Positions 1 to 14,049 of a DNA stretch of 64,000 nt are shown here, one piece after another; positions within the stretch are counted from its first letter, which is position 1, and every line of letters starts with the position of its first letter. The notes below the pieces were generated by a model. The model saw nothing but the letters and a program-made list of their open reading frames with translations, ran no database searches and was not told the origin of the DNA. The DNA lies in NCBI RefSeq assembly GCF_003334355.1, contig NZ_QOWP01000002.1. One strand, 5' to 3'. Source of the stretch: Escherichia coli (GTDB lineage Bacteria; Pseudomonadota; Gammaproteobacteria; Enterobacterales; Enterobacteriaceae). A program made the position numbers and the translations under genes.

Positions 1-234
1 GTTAAAACCGATGTTAAAGTCGCCTACCGACATCCACGTCCACAGCGGCTGGCTGTATGTCTGCTCGCCGTTAGCGAAGAAATCAACGCCGATAAAGGCG
101 GTTACCAGCGCCGCCAGGCCCACAGAGCCTACGCCGACGATCGCCGAGACGTTTTCAGACCAGCGCCCACGGGAGAATGCCAGCAGGACGAAGCCAATCA
201 ATGGCAAAATAATGGTTAAGGCAAGCATGTTCAT
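1..234 (-). CDS. nuoL: NADH-quinone oxidoreductase subunit L, N-terminal fragment (gene continues beyond window start)
   Basis: Reverse-strand ATG at 232-234 overlaps nuoK stop (ATGA coupling); N-terminus reads MNML... hydrophobic; position downstream of nuoK in nuo operon. Confidence 0.8.
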
Positions 235-533
235 CCGCGCATCTCACTTACTGAATCGATGTTCAGGTTCTGGCGACGACGGTGAAGTTGCAGCAGCAGC
301 GCAAGGCCGATACTCGCTTCTGCCGCCGCGAGGCTGATGGCGAGAATGTACATCACCTGACCGTCGGTCTGGCCCCAGTAGCTTCCGGCGACCACGAAGG
401 CCAGCGCGGAGGCGTTAATCATGATTTCCAGACCAATCAACATAAACAGCAGATTGCGACGGATAACCAGACCGGTTAAGCCAAGAACGAATAAGATTGC
501 CGCGAGGATCAGTCCATGTTGTAAGGGGATCAT
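231..533 (-). CDS. nuoK: NADH-quinone oxidoreductase subunit K
   Basis: 100-aa hydrophobic ORF ([19 protein letters not shown]...), operon position between nuoJ and nuoL. Confidence 0.93.
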
Positions 534-1084
534 GCGTGCTCCTCCGTTTTTCTTTTCGCGCTGTCGTCTTTACGATTGCTCAGCACTTCACCCGCACGCT
601 CTTCACGACCGACGTGGAAGGCCACAACCAGACCTGCGAGCAGCAGCATAGAAGCCAGTTCCACCGCCAGTACGTAAGGCCCGAACAGCGTAATACCCAC
701 TGCTTTAGCACTGATTGGCGTACCGTCGATACCCTGATCGTTAACACCGAGGATGGCGTAAACAATCACCACCAGCATGATGGCCGACAAAATTGCCGGA
801 CCAATCCACACCTGCGGTTTCAGCCACTGGCGTTCCTGTTCGATTTCTGAACCGCCCAGGTTGAGCATCATCACCACGAACACGAACAGCACCATAATGG
901 CACCCGCGTAGACGATAATTTCCAGCGCACCGGCGAAGTAAGCGCCCAGTGAGAAGAACACCCCGGAAATCGCCAGCAGCGAAATAATCAGGTACAGCAG
1001 TGCGTGTACCGGATTGGTATGGGTGATCACTCGCAAGGTCGCAAGTATGGCTATCAGGCCACAGATATAAAAAGCGAACTCCAT
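530..1084 (-). CDS. nuoJ: NADH-quinone oxidoreductase subunit J
   Basis: 184-aa membrane ORF, 4-bp overlap with nuoK, operon context. Confidence 0.93.
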
Positions 1085-1095
1085 TGCCCCTCTCC

Positions 1096-1638
1096 TTACG
1101 GTAACAGGCTCTTGACGTCGATAGGCTTGGCTTCGTTCTCTGCTTCGCCCTTATCTTTGCCGTCGATTGCCATACCTGCCATCCGGTAGAAGTTATATTC
1201 CGGGTATTTGCCCGGACCGGAGATCAGCAGATCCTCTTTCTCGTAAACCAGATCCTGGCGCTTGTATTCCCCCATTTCGAAATCCGGGGTTAACTGAATC
1301 GCCGTGGTCGGACAGGCTTCTTCGCACAGACCACAGAAAATGCAGCGTGAGAAGTTGATGCGGAAAAATTCCGGATACCAGCGACCGTCTTTGGTTTCTG
1401 CTTTTTGCAGCGAGATACAGCCGACCGGGCAGGCTACCGCACAGAGGTTACAGGCTACGCAACGCTCTTCGCCGTCCGGGTCGCGGGTCAGAACGATACG
1501 ACCACGATAACGGGGCGGCAGATAGACCGGCTCTTCCGGGTACATTCGCGTTTCGCGTTTGGCGAACGCGTGCAGGCCGATCATCCAGATACTACGAACC
1601 TGGGTGCCGAAACCTACTAACAATTCTTTTAAGGTCAT
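1096..1638 (-). CDS. nuoI: NADH-quinone oxidoreductase subunit I (2x[4Fe-4S] ferredoxin)
   Basis: Two CxxCxxCxxxCP motifs ([24 protein letters not shown]) in 180-aa ORF. Confidence 0.95.
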
Positions 1639-1652
1639 GGTCTTATTGCCCC

Positions 1653-2630
1653 TTATTGCGCCTGCCAGAGAATGACAGCCGCCGTTACCAGCAAGTTGAT
1701 CAGCGTCAGCGGCAGGCAGATTTTCCAGCCGAAGGACATTACCTGGTCATAACGCGGACGCGGTAACGACGCACGAATCAAAATGAACATCATCATAAAG
1801 AACGCGGTTTTCAGCGCGAACCAGATGAATGGCGGTAACAACGGGCCTTGCCAGCCACCGAAAAACAGCGTCACCATCAATGCAGAGATGGTCACAATCC
1901 CGATGTACTCACCCACGAAGAACAGACCGAACTTCATACCGGAATATTCAATGTGGTAACCATCCGCCAGTTCCTGCTCGGCTTCCGGCTGGTCAAACGG
2001 GTGACGGTGACATACCGCCACGCCCGCGATGGCAAAGGTAATAAAACCAAAGAATTGCGGGATAACGTTCCACACATGCGCCTGGCTGTTGACGATGTCG
2101 GTCATGTTGAATGAACCGGCCTGCGCCACCACGCCCATCAGGGAAAGCCCGAGGAACACTTCGTAGCTCAGGGTCTGCGCAGAAGCACGCATCGCACCCA
2201 GCAACGAGTATTTGTTGTTACTTGACCAGCCCGCAAACAGCACCGCGTAAACCGCCAGACCTGCCATCATCAGGAAGAACAAAATCCCGATGTTCAGGTC
2301 GGCAACCACCCAACCCGGACTGACTGGCACAATCGCAAAGGCCAGCAGCAGCGAGGTAAAGGCAATCATCGGTGCCAGGGTAAAGATGACGCGATCCGAG
2401 AATTTCGGGATCCAGTCTTCTTTAAAGAACATTTTGATCATGTCCGCAACCAGCTGGAGCGAACCGCCCCAGCCAACACGGTTAGGTCCGTAACGGTTCT
2501 GGAACAGACCCAGCAGGCGACGTTCGCCAAAGCTCATGAATGCCCCGCAGGTGACAACCACCAGCAGGATCACCACCGCTTTGAGGATGGTCAGCAGGAT
2601 CTCAATCAGTTCCGGTGATATCCAACTCAT
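1653..2630 (-). CDS. nuoH: NADH-quinone oxidoreductase subunit H
   Basis: 325-aa polytopic membrane ORF, operon context. Confidence 0.93.
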
Positions 2631-5359
2631 TGTTGTGCCTCCTTGAGATCCTCAAGATGCGCGCCAGCCAGCACCGGAGCAATACCGGACATACCCATCG
2701 GCAAGCCCACCTGCCCTGCCGTCAGCCCTTCAGCGATTTCAACCGGCAGCGTGACCGTGTTGCCATCGTAACTAAAGGAGACGTGTGTACCTGCGTTCAC
2801 ACCTAACTTCGCGGCATCCGCTGGGTTGAGTTTGATGTACGGCTGCGGCATACGGCTCTGGAAGACCGGAGCACGCTGTGACAATTCATCGCTGCCAAAC
2901 AGGTGGTAATACGGCGCGATACGCCATTTCCCGTCCTGCGGCTGGAAGCGTGCCGGTACGCTGGTGAAGTAATCCAGACCATTTTCGCTGGTTTCAAACA
3001 GACGCACGCCCGGATCGCCAAAGCGCAGTTTGCCGCCCACTTCGTCCTGGAATTTGTTCCACGCCTGCGGGGAGTTCCAGCCCGGCGCCCAGGCAAACGG
3101 CACTTGCGAACGGTGCGCAGTCGGCTGGTTGTTACCTTCCATCGAGAAGGTGAACATGGTGTCAATATCCTGCGGCTGACGCGGCTCATGAACGCTGATA
3201 TTGGCGCGCATGGCGGTACGACCGCTGTAACGGTGCGGTTCACGGGCCAGTTTCTGCCCACGAATACGGAATGTCGCATCCGGCGCAGCATCTTTGATAC
3301 CTGCCAGTTCCGGGATTTTCGCCACAACAGCGTCAATCACATGGTCGAGCTGCGTCCAGTCCACTTCACGGCTCAGCAGGGTGCTGTGCAGCGAGTGTAA
3401 CCAGCGCCAGCTTTCCAGCATGACAGTTTTGCTGTCGTAATAAGCAGGATCGTAAACCTGGAAGAAACGTTGGGCGCGGCCTTCGTTGTTGATCACCGTA
3501 CCGTCGCTTTCAGCAAAGCTGGCAGCAGAAAGTACCAGATGGGCGTTTTCCATAATCGCTGTGCGTTGATGATCAACCACCATCACCAGCGGTGCTTTAG
3601 CCAGCGCAGCATTCACGCGGATAGCAGAAGCGTGACGATGCAGATCGTTTTCCAACACCACCACCGCGTCGGCGCGTCCGGTTTCCAGTTCGGTTAACGC
3701 TTCTTCAAGCGAACCGCCACCCATAATGCCCAGCCCCATGCTGTTGACGGAACGGGCAATCATGGTGATACCGACGTCAGCGCCGCGACCTTTCAGGGCT
3801 TTCGCGACGTTAGCCGCCGCCTGAATCACCTCTAAGCTACCGGCGTTCGTCCCGGAGATAATCAACGGTTTCTTCGCACCTGCCAGTGCCTGCACGATGA
3901 CGTCGATTTTGCTTTGCAGCTCAGGTTCGATACCGTCAACCGCTGGTGCAGAGTTATCCAGCGCATGGGCGATGGCAAAACCTAAACGCGCCTGATCTTC
4001 AACCGGTGCGCGGTAAGTCCACGCCGCGATATCATCCAGACGGGTGTCATCAACGTTGGTAACAAACAGCGGATGCTTCGCACGTTGACCGATGTTGAGG
4101 ATTGCCGCAATCTGCCAGTCAGCCACTTTCTGTGCTGCCGCCATTTCGCGCGCTTTACCTTTCACAGCCTGACGCACTGCCAGCGCGACGCGCGCGCCGG
4201 TCTGGGTAACGTCTTCGCCCAGCACCAGTACCGCATCGTAAGATTCGATTTCGCGCAGAGCCGGAGTATAAATGCCGCCTTCACGCAGCACTTTCAGCGC
4301 CAGTTGCAGACGTTCCTGCTCACCGTGAGCGATACCGGTGTAGAAGTTTTCTTCGCCCACCAGTTCACGCAGCGCAAAGTTGCTTTCCACGCTGGCACGC
4401 GGAGAACCAATACCGATCACTTTCTTCGACTGACGCAGAATATCTGCCGCGCCCTGCATTGCCTGTTCGGCGTTGAGGGTAATGAAATCATCGCCACGAC
4501 GCTGTACTGGCTGACGCGGACGATCCTTCAGGTTGACGTAACCGTAACCGAAACGACCACGGTCGCAGAGGAAGTAGTGGTTTACCGTACCGTTGTAACG
4601 GTTTTCGATACGACGCAGTTCGCCGTAACGTTCACCGGGGCTGATGTTACAGCCGATGGAACATTGCTGGCAGATGCTCGGCGCAAACTGCATATCCCAT
4701 TTACGGTTGTAACGCTCGGAGTGCGTTTTGTCGGTAAATACGCCGGTCGGGCAAATTTCGACCAGGTTACCGGAAAATTCGCTTTCCAGCGTGCCGTCTT
4801 CCGGGCGACCGAAGTAGACGTTGTCGTGCGCACCGTAAACGCCCAGATCTGTACCGTCAGCGTAATCTTTGTAGTAACGCACACAGCGGTAGCAGGCGAT
4901 GCAGCGGTTCATTTCGTGAGAGATGAATGGCCCCAAATCCTGATTACGGTGGGTACGTTTGGTGAAACGGTAGCGACGGAAGCTGTGTCCGGTCATCACA
5001 GTCATATCCTGAAGATGGCAGTTACCGCCCTCTTCACATACCGGACAGTCGTGCGGGTGGTTGGTCATCAACCACTCGACCACGCTTTCACGGAACTGTT
5101 TCGCTTCTTCGTCGTCAATGGAAATAAAGGTGCCATCGGAAGCCGGTGTCATACAGGACATCACCAGGCGACCACGCGTGTCTTCCGCGTTTTGGTATTG
5201 CTTCACCGCACACTGGCGGCAAGCACCGACACTTCCCAGCGCCGGATGCCAGCAAAAGTAAGGAATATCAAGGCCCAGAGACAGACAAGCTTCCAGCAGG
5301 TTGTCCGCTCCGTTGACCTCGTATTCTTTGCCGTCTACATGAATTGTAGCCATTAGCAT
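2627..5359 (-). CDS. nuoG: NADH-quinone oxidoreductase subunit G
   Basis: 910-aa ORF with N-terminal Fe-S cysteine clusters ([30 protein letters not shown]) and molybdopterin-oxidoreductase-like body. Confidence 0.95.
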
Positions 5360-5405
5360 GCTTCCAGTTTTCTCAGTCAGAGACTGAGCGTTAATCGAAA
5401 TTCGG

Positions 5406-6743
5406 TTACCAGCGCTCTTTCAGCAGGTTCGGCTGAATCCCATTAATCAAATGGGTATTGCTGAACGGCTGTTTGATTCCCGCCTCAAATTCTTCGCGGA
5501 AATATTTGATGGCGCTCTGTAACGGCTCCACTGCACCAGGTGCGTGGGCACAGAAAGTTTTACCCGGGCCTAAGAATCGACACAGTTGCTCAAGTGTTTC
5601 GATATCGCCCGGCTGACCTTCACCACGCTCCAGCGCACGCAGAATTTTCACGCTCCACGGCAGACCGTCGCGGCACGGCGTACACCAGCCGCAGGACTCA
5701 CGGGCGAAAAACTCTTCCAGGTTACGCACCAGCGACACCATGTTGATCTCATGGTCAACCGCCATCGCCAGCGCCGTACCCAGACGGCTGCCCGCTTTAC
5801 CGATACTTTCGAATTCCATCGGCAGATCAAGGTGCGCTTCGGTCAGGAAGTCAGTCCCCGCGCCGCCTGGCTGCCAGGCTTTAAATTTCAGACCATCACG
5901 CATACCACCGGCGTAATCTTCGAGGATCTCGCGTGCGGTGGTGCCGAACGGCAGTTCCCACAGTCCCGGATTTTTCACCCGACCGGAGAAGCCCATCAGC
6001 TTGGTGCCAGCATCTTTACTTTTCGAGATGTTCTGATACCACTCCACGCCGTTAGCGAGGATCGCCGGAACGTTACACAGGGTTTCGACGTTGTTGACAC
6101 AGGTCGGTTTGCCCCATACGCCGGAGGTTGCCGGGAAGGGGGGTTTCGAGCGTGGGTTAGCACGACGCCCTTCCAGGGAGTTGATTAACGCTGTTTCTTC
6201 CCCGCAGATGTAGCGCCCTGCCCCGGTATGGACGAACAGTTCGAAGTCAAAACCTGTTCCCATAATATTTTTGCCAAGCAGACCTGCTTCGGTGGCTTCG
6301 GCAATGGCGCGGCGCAGATTTACTGCCGCTTCGATATATTCGCCACGCAGGAAGATGTAGCCACGGTAAGCTTTCAGCGCAAACGCGGAGATGAGCATAC
6401 CTTCCACCAGCAGGTGCGGCAGTTGCTCCATCAGCAGGCGGTCTTTATAGGTGCCTGGCTCCATTTCATCGGCGTTACACAGCAGGTAACGGATGTTCAT
6501 GGATTCGTCTTTCGGCATCAGGCTCCATTTCAGGCCGGTAGAAAAGCCCGCGCCACCGCGCCCTTTCAGACCAGCGTCTTTTACCTGATTAACGATTTCG
6601 TCCGGAGACAGCCCGGTCAGCGCCTTACGCGCGCCTTCGTAACCGTTTTTGCTGCGATATTCGTCCAGCCACACTGGCTGTTTGTCATCGCGCAGACGCC
6701 AGGTCAGCGGATGCGTTTCGGGAGTACGGATAATGTTTTTCAT
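5406..6743 (-). CDS. nuoF: NADH-quinone oxidoreductase subunit F (NADH/FMN-binding)
   Basis: 445-aa ORF, glycine-rich nucleotide-binding segment (GRGGAGF) and C-terminal Cys cluster ([10 protein letters not shown]). Confidence 0.95.
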   Translation of the reverse strand: MKNIIRTPETHPLTWRLRDDKQPVWLDEYRSKNGYEGARKALTGLSPDEIVNQVKDAGLKGRGGAGFSTGLKWSLMPKDESMNIRYLLCNADEMEPGTYKDRLLMEQLPHLLVEGMLISAFALKAYRGYIFLRGEYIEAAVNLRRAIAEATEAGLLGKNIMGTGFDFELFVHTGAGRYICGEETALINSLEGRRANPRSKPPFPATSGVWGKPTCVNNVETLCNVPAILANGVEWYQNISKSKDAGTKLMGFSGRVKNPGLWELPFGTTAREILEDYAGGMRDGLKFKAWQPGGAGTDFLTEAHLDLPMEFESIGKAGSRLGTALAMAVDHEINMVSLVRNLEEFFARESCGWCTPCRDGLPWSVKILRALERGEGQPGDIETLEQLCRFLGPGKTFCAHAPGAVEPLQSAIKYFREEFEAGIKQPFSNTHLINGIQPNLLKERW

Positions 6744-7240
6744 TTATACCGCTCCAGCAGTTCAGGGATCGCTTCCGGGGTCAGATGCGCGTGAGTATCC
6801 TCATCGATCATCATGTTTGGCCCTTTATCACAGTTCCCCAGGCAGCAAGTTGGCAGCAGCGTAAAGCGACCGTCAAATGTCGTTTGCCCTGGTTTGATGT
6901 TTAGCTTTTTCTCGAGCGCCGCCTGAATACCCTGGTAACCGTTGATATGACAGACCACGCTGTCACAATAACGGATCACATGGCGGCCAACCGGCTGGCG
7001 GAAGATCTGGCTGTAGAACGTTGCCACACCTTCGACGTCGCTTGCCGGAATACCCAGCACATCGGCGATCGCGTGGATCGCACCATCCGGCACCCAGCCA
7101 CGCTGCTTCTGAACGATTTTCAGCGCTTCAATGGACGCCGCACGCGGGTCTTCGTAGTGGTGCATCTCGTGCTCAATCGCTTCACGCTCTGCCGCACTCA
7201 GCTCAAAAGCCTCGGTTTGTGGTTGTTGATTCTCGTGCAT
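6740..7240 (-). CDS. nuoE: NADH-quinone oxidoreductase subunit E
   Basis: 166-aa ORF with 2Fe-2S thioredoxin-like Cys pattern; 4-bp overlap with nuoF. Confidence 0.93.
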
Positions 7241-7242
7241 AA

Positions 7243-9045
7243 TTAGCGGTCCACATCTGACATAACAAAATCGATACTGCCCAGATAAACAATCAGGTCA
7301 GACACCAGGCTGCCGCGGATCGCCGCCGGAATTTGCTGCAAATGCGCATAACTCGGCGTGCGGATACGAGTGCGATAACTCATGGTGCTACCGTCGCTGG
7401 TCAGGTAGTAACTGTTGATCCCCTTGGTCGCCTCAATCATCTGGAAAGATTCATTGGCAGGCATCACCGGCCCCCACGACACTTGCAGGAAGTGGGTGAT
7501 CAGGGTTTCGATATGTTGCAGCGTGCGCTCTTTCGGCGGCGGCGTGGTCAGCGGGTGATCCGCTTTGAACGGGCCTTCCGGCATGTTGTTGAGGCACTGC
7601 TCAAGAATGCGCAGACTCTGGCGCAGCTCTTCCACTTTCAGCATTACGCGGGTGTAGCAGTCAGAAACACCACCACCAACCGGGATTTCAAAGTCGAAGT
7701 TTTCATAGCCAGAATAAGGACGCGCCTTACGCACGTCGAAGTCGATCCCGGTAGCACGCAGGCCCGCGCCAGTGGTGCCCCACTCCAGCGCCTCTTTCGC
7801 GCCATAGGCGGCAACGCCCTGGGAACGACCTTTCAGAATGGTATTTTGCAGCGCCGCTTTCTCGTAAGACGCCAGACGTTTCGGCATCCAGTCGAGGAAC
7901 TCACGCAGCAGGCGATCCCAGCCGCGCGGCAGGTCGTGCGCTACGCCGCCAATACGGAACCACGCCGGGTGCATACGGAAACCCGTGATCGCTTCCACCA
8001 GATCGTAAATTTTCTGACGATCGGTAAAGGCGAAGAACACGGGCGTCATTGCGCCGACGTCCTGAATAAAGGTCGAGATGTACAGCAGGTGGCTGTTGAT
8101 ACGGAACAGTTCGGAGAGCATAACGCGAATGACGTTAACGCGATCCGGCACGGTGATCCCGGCCAGTTTCTCTACCGCCAGCACGTAAGGCATTTCGTTA
8201 ACGCAGCCGCCGAGGTATTCAATACGGTCGGTATACGGAATGTAGCTGTGCCAGGACTGGCGCTCGCCCATTTTCTCCGCACCACGGTGGTGGTAGCCGA
8301 TGTCTGGTACGCAGTCGACAATCTCTTCGCCGTCGAGTTGTAAAACGATACGGAAAGCCCCGTGCGCCGACGGGTGGTTCGGACCGAGGTTGAGGAACAT
8401 GAAGTCCTCGTTTTCGGTGCCGCGCTTCATCCCCCACTCTTCCGGTTTGAAGGTCAGGGCTTCCATCTCCAGATCCTGTTTGGCTTTGGTCAGCTCAAAC
8501 GGCGAGAATTCGGTAGCGCGCGCCGGGTAATCTTTACGCAGCGGGTGACCTTTCCAGGTTTGCGGCATCATGATGCGGCGCAGGTTCGGGTGACCGTCGA
8601 AAGTAATGCCAAACAGATCCCAGGTTTCACGCTCATACCAGTTAGCGTTCGGGAACAGTTTGGTGAAGGTCGGTACGTGCAGGTCGTTTTCTGCCAGCGC
8701 CACCTTCAGCATGATGTCGCGGTTACGATCGATAGAAATCAGATGGTAGAAAACGGAAAAATCCGCGGCAGGTAACCCTTCGCGGTGTGTGCGCAGACGT
8801 TCGTCCATGCCGTGTAAGTCAAACAGCATGACGTAAGGTTTCGGCAGTTTCTTTAAGAAATCGCCAACTTCCAGTAATTGTTCACGCTTGATCCACACAA
8901 CGGGAACCCCGGTGCGAGTCGCCTGAACAGTAAAGGCATCCGGCCCAAAACGGTTGCGCAGTTCGCCAATTACCGGATCATCAAGATGATCGCGGGTCTG
9001 CCAGGCGGGTTCTTGCGCGGTTAAGTCGGTCATATTGTTCACCAT
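7243..9045 (-). CDS. nuoC: NADH-quinone oxidoreductase fused subunit C/D
   Basis: Single 600-aa ORF covering both NuoC-like and NuoD-like halves, as in E. coli where nuoC and nuoD are fused. Confidence 0.93.
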
Positions 9046-9138
9046 TGCAAATGGTCCGTGGTGACTGTCGGCGCAGTAAGCTTCGCGAAATAGATTTAGG
9101 AATAAGCGAAGAAAAATCCCTTTGCCGACAGGCGCAAA

Positions 9139-9801
9139 TTAAATCTCGTCAGGTGTACGCAGGTTGGTTACGGCAATGCGTTCACCGCGCTTGCGTTCGC
9201 GCTCTGATTGCATATTGGCGCGATAAACGCCCTGATCGCCAACCACCCAGGAGAGCGGACGACGTTCTTTGCCGATAGATTCCTGCAACAGCATCAGTGC
9301 CTGCATGTACGCTTCAGGACGCGGCGGGCAGCCCGGGATATACACATCAACCGGGATGAATTTATCGACGCCCTGCACAACGGAATAAATATCGTACATA
9401 CCACCAGAGTTGGCACAGGCACCCATTGAGATAACCCATTTTGGTTCCAGCATCTGGTCATACAGACGCTGAATAACCGGTGCCATTTTGGTAAAGCAGG
9501 TTCCTGCAACCACCATCAGGTCAGCCTGACGCGGCGAAGCACGCAATACTTCTGCGCCAAAACGCGCCACGTCATGCACCGCGGTAAACGAAGTCACCAT
9601 CTCAACGTAACAGCAGGAAAGACCGAAGTTATACGGCCAAATTGAGTTTTTACGACCCCAGTTAACCATGTCATTGAGCTTGCCCATAAACACGTTTTTG
9701 TTAACTTCTTGCTCCAGAGGGTCGGTTACGATCTCCTGCTTTTGCAGGGGATAACGGTCGTTCTCACCGTTGGGATCTATGCGGGTGAGCGTATAATCCA
9801 T
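9139..9801 (-). CDS. nuoB: NADH-quinone oxidoreductase subunit B
   Basis: 220-aa ORF with conserved Cys motifs ([19 protein letters not shown]). Confidence 0.95.
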
Positions 9802-9816
9802 CTTAATGCCTCGCGG

Positions 9817-10260
9817 TTAGCGTTGACGATTAGCGATACTGTTCGTTTCCGGGTTCATACGCTCGCGGCGTGAACGCGCGGGCGTCCAGTCCAGCGCGCC
9901 AATACGCACCAGATAAACCAGACCTGCCAGTAACACAAAAATAAAAATTGCAGCTTCCACAAAGCCTACCCAGCCGCTTTCGCGGATAGAGGTTGACCAT
10001 GCGAACAGATACAGCGCTTCAACGTCGAAGATAACGAAGAACATGGCCACCAGATAAAACTTGGCGGACAGGCGTAAGCGGGCGGAGCCGACCGAGTCGA
10101 TACCGGATTCAAACGGCACGTTTTTCGACCTCGCGCGTGCGCGACCGCCTAAAAACCAACCGCCTACCAGCATCAGGCAACACAGGCCAATGGCAACGAT
10201 AAGAAAGATAGCGAATGCCCAGTGATGAGCGATGACTTCAGTGGATGTTGACATACTCAT
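9817..10260 (-). CDS. nuoA: NADH-quinone oxidoreductase subunit A
   Basis: 147-aa membrane ORF, first gene of operon. Confidence 0.93.
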
Positions 10261-10760
10261 TGCTTACTCATCAAAAGTAGCGCCAGATTCACTGCTCTTC
10301 ACGGCAGATGGACGCCACATCGATTCATGGGGAGGAATAAAAAAAACCTTACAATCACTGTAGAAATTCTTTTATACAGCTAATTGATGTGGTCTTTTAC
10401 TCCTTTCTATAACCTTTTGTCAACTTTAACAAAAGTTTCTTCACATTAGTTTACATAATATCAACACCATTAGCATTTAATGCCCTTTCACCCCAGATCC
10501 TTGACGACTCCAGGATAATTAGATGTTGTTGAATCGTGTCCGTTGTGAAGCAATGGAAAAAATACGGGTCTATTTTGACAGGAATTTGTGTCGATTCCTC
10601 CCCCCAAAAGAGAGTATTTTCTTGATCTGTGACACGCTTTTGTCATTCCATAACAAAAACGCAGCAACAAATTTACGTATTTTTTAACATCATTGTAGCA
10701 GGTGATTTTTTTCAGGCGATTATTTGTGCGTTCGGGACGTGAATCTCTGGTGATTGAAAA
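10261..10760 (-). promoter_or_regulatory. nuo operon promoter / long 5' leader region (exact promoter elements not resolved)
   Basis: About 500 bp AT-rich non-coding DNA upstream of nuoA; the nuo operon is known to have a complex multi-factor promoter region. Confidence 0.45.
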
Positions 10761-10807
10761 ATGAACAGCTTTGTGCGTTCTGCACTATGCGAGGAAGGAT
10801 TTTTACT

Positions 10808-10854
10808 AAAAAAAAGCCGCTGGGGTTTAAAACACCCCCAGCGGCTCGTTTTTT
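10808..10854 (-). terminator. Bidirectional intrinsic terminator downstream of lrhA
   Basis: A8 run, perfect 10-bp GC-rich stem (gccgctgggg / ccccagcggc), 10-nt loop, then T-run; gives hairpin+U-tract on both strands; about 40 bp after lrhA stop. Confidence 0.7.
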
Positions 10855-10890
10855 ACACTATTGTCTCAGGAATTATCTATCGTCCGTCGA

Positions 10891-11832
<942 letters not shown>

Positions 11833-12748
11833 TTATCACTTACTGGCGGCTCATACTGAGCTGGTTAATGCTGTGCACACACAAACAAGCAATTCCATTT
11901 GTAATGTGCCTCCCTGGCAGTTTCATCCGGAACCCGGACGAAAGTAAAAATGCATATGAGTTGCACTAAAAAAGCGACTCACATTGTTCCGTTATAATGC
12001 CTGAAGTAGATCACAGAATATATCTTCAGGGATCGCATATCTATTAAGTTACTCACTCTTTTCTATTTATGACATGCGCGTGTTTGTATAAATGTAAATG
12101 TGAGTCCTTGTTCCACTCTCGTGCAGCATCGCTGGTCATACGCGAACACGTACAAACAGCAATGGTGAGGCGGCATCAAGAGCAGGGATCCGTCATTTAT
12201 GCGAGCATTTTACCCCAAAAACCTTTTATTTATAAGGGTCATTGCGAATTATCTGATGCAAAGTTATGTTATGTTAGGCAAAGTAATCTTCTATTATTAA
12301 TAAGCACATCAAAACCTTTTTGAATATTAAATAATAATTAATTAGCATCATCCTCATTCATTAATTCCGCTTAACAATAGTTTCACACCTTGCCCCCATT
12401 ACGACACCTCGGAAATCATCACGCTGTTAAACTCTCCGTAATGCGGAAATATCATCATCGCGTTTCATTAGTGAATTCTTAAATGAGGCATTTTCACACA
12501 ATTATCTTACAGATAAAAAAACCAGACTTACAATTAAGAATCAGAACAATTCACTATATAACATTGCATGTAAAGCATATACACCTCATTATTTTGTCAT
12601 TATTAAGTTATTAACAGCACAATCGAGCCTTCCCCTCTGGCAAAATCTTATTCTGCAGACCTTCAAAACACCGTCCTGGGGGAGTACATTGTTCTAAGCT
12701 GACTTCCACGGCAGGGAGTGGCGATAACAGCAAAAAAGGTCAAGATTC

Positions 12749-13966
12749 ATGTCCCCCATTGAAAAATCCAGCAAATTAGAGAATGTCTGTTATGACATCC
12801 GTGGTCCGGTGCTGAAAGAAGCAAAACGCCTGGAAGAAGAAGGTAACAAGGTACTGAAACTGAACATCGGCAACCCAGCCCCGTTCGGTTTTGACGCGCC
12901 AGATGAAATCCTCGTTGACGTGATACGCAACCTGCCTACCGCTCAAGGGTATTGCGATTCCAAAGGTCTTTACTCCGCGCGTAAAGCCATCATGCAGCAC
13001 TACCAGGCTCGTGGCATGCGTGATGTTACCGTGGAAGATATTTACATCGGCAATGGTGTATCGGAGCTTATCGTTCAGGCAATGCAGGCATTGCTGAACA
13101 GCGGGGACGAAATGTTGGTTCCTGCACCAGATTACCCACTATGGACCGCGGCGGTTTCGCTTTCCAGCGGTAAAGCGGTGCATTATCTTTGCGATGAATC
13201 CTCTGACTGGTTCCCGGACCTCGATGATATTCGCGCTAAAATTACGCCTCGTACGCGTGGGATCGTTATTATCAACCCAAATAACCCAACCGGCGCGGTA
13301 TATTCCAAAGAGCTTTTAATGGAGATTGTGGAGATTGCACGTCAGCATAATCTCATTATCTTCGCCGATGAAATTTATGACAAAATTCTCTACGACGACG
13401 CTGAGCATCACTCAATTGCACCGCTGGCACCTGACCTGCTGACCATTACCTTTAACGGACTGTCGAAAACGTACCGCGTTGCAGGCTTCCGTCAGGGGTG
13501 GATGGTGTTGAACGGGCCGAAAAAACACGCCAAAGGCTACATTGAAGGTCTGGAAATGCTGGCTTCAATGCGCCTGTGTGCTAACGTTCCTGCGCAACAC
13601 GCCATTCAGACCGCGCTAGGTGGTTATCAGAGCATCAGTGAATTTATTACCCCTGGCGGTCGTCTTTATGAGCAGCGTAACCGCGCGTGGGAACTGATCA
13701 ACGATATTCCGGGCGTTTCCTGCGTGAAACCTCGTGGTGCGCTGTATATGTTCCCGAAAATCGACGCCAAACGCTTTAACATTCACGACGATCAGAAAAT
13801 GGTGCTGGATTTCCTGTTGCAGGAAAAAGTTCTGTTGGTGCAAGGGACGGCATTCAACTGGCCGTGGCCGGATCACTTCCGCATTGTCACGCTACCGCGT
13901 GTCGATGATATCGAGCTGTCTTTGAGCAAGTTCGCGCGTTTCCTTTCTGGTTATCATCAGCTGTAA
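12749..13966 (+). CDS. alaA: Glutamate-pyruvate aminotransferase (class I PLP aminotransferase)
   Basis: 405-aa ORF with fold-type I aminotransferase features including PLP-lysine context (NGLSKTY). Confidence 0.9.
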   Translation: MSPIEKSSKLENVCYDIRGPVLKEAKRLEEEGNKVLKLNIGNPAPFGFDAPDEILVDVIRNLPTAQGYCDSKGLYSARKAIMQHYQARGMRDVTVEDIYIGNGVSELIVQAMQALLNSGDEMLVPAPDYPLWTAAVSLSSGKAVHYLCDESSDWFPDLDDIRAKITPRTRGIVIINPNNPTGAVYSKELLMEIVEIARQHNLIIFADEIYDKILYDDAEHHSIAPLAPDLLTITFNGLSKTYRVAGFRQGWMVLNGPKKHAKGYIEGLEMLASMRLCANVPAQHAIQTALGGYQSISEFITPGGRLYEQRNRAWELINDIPGVSCVKPRGALYMFPKIDAKRFNIHDDQKMVLDFLLQEKVLLVQGTAFNWPWPDHFRIVTLPRVDDIELSLSKFARFLSGYHQL

Positions 13967-14049
13967 TCTTAATTTCACTGCCGGAGATTGCATCCGGCAG
14001 CGTTATCCCGCCACAATGACCTGATGATGTCATCATACGTAAGGTCACT

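Noticed and set aside
2803..3400. Overlapping 165-aa and 177-aa ORFs inside nuoG
   Set aside because: Both are alternative frames within a well-supported 910-aa gene; Arg-rich artefacts.
4073..5356. 427-aa plus-strand ORF
   Set aside because: Lies entirely antisense within nuoG; low-complexity Val/Thr/Phe-rich translation typical of an antisense frame in a codon-biased gene.
7333..8343. 336-aa plus-strand ORF
   Set aside because: Antisense within the nuoC/D fusion gene; Arg/His-rich low-complexity translation.
12069..12323. 84-aa ORF in the lrhA-alaA intergenic region
   Set aside because: No Shine-Dalgarno, AT-rich low-complexity translation; cannot be supported without expression data (the region itself is kept as a finding).
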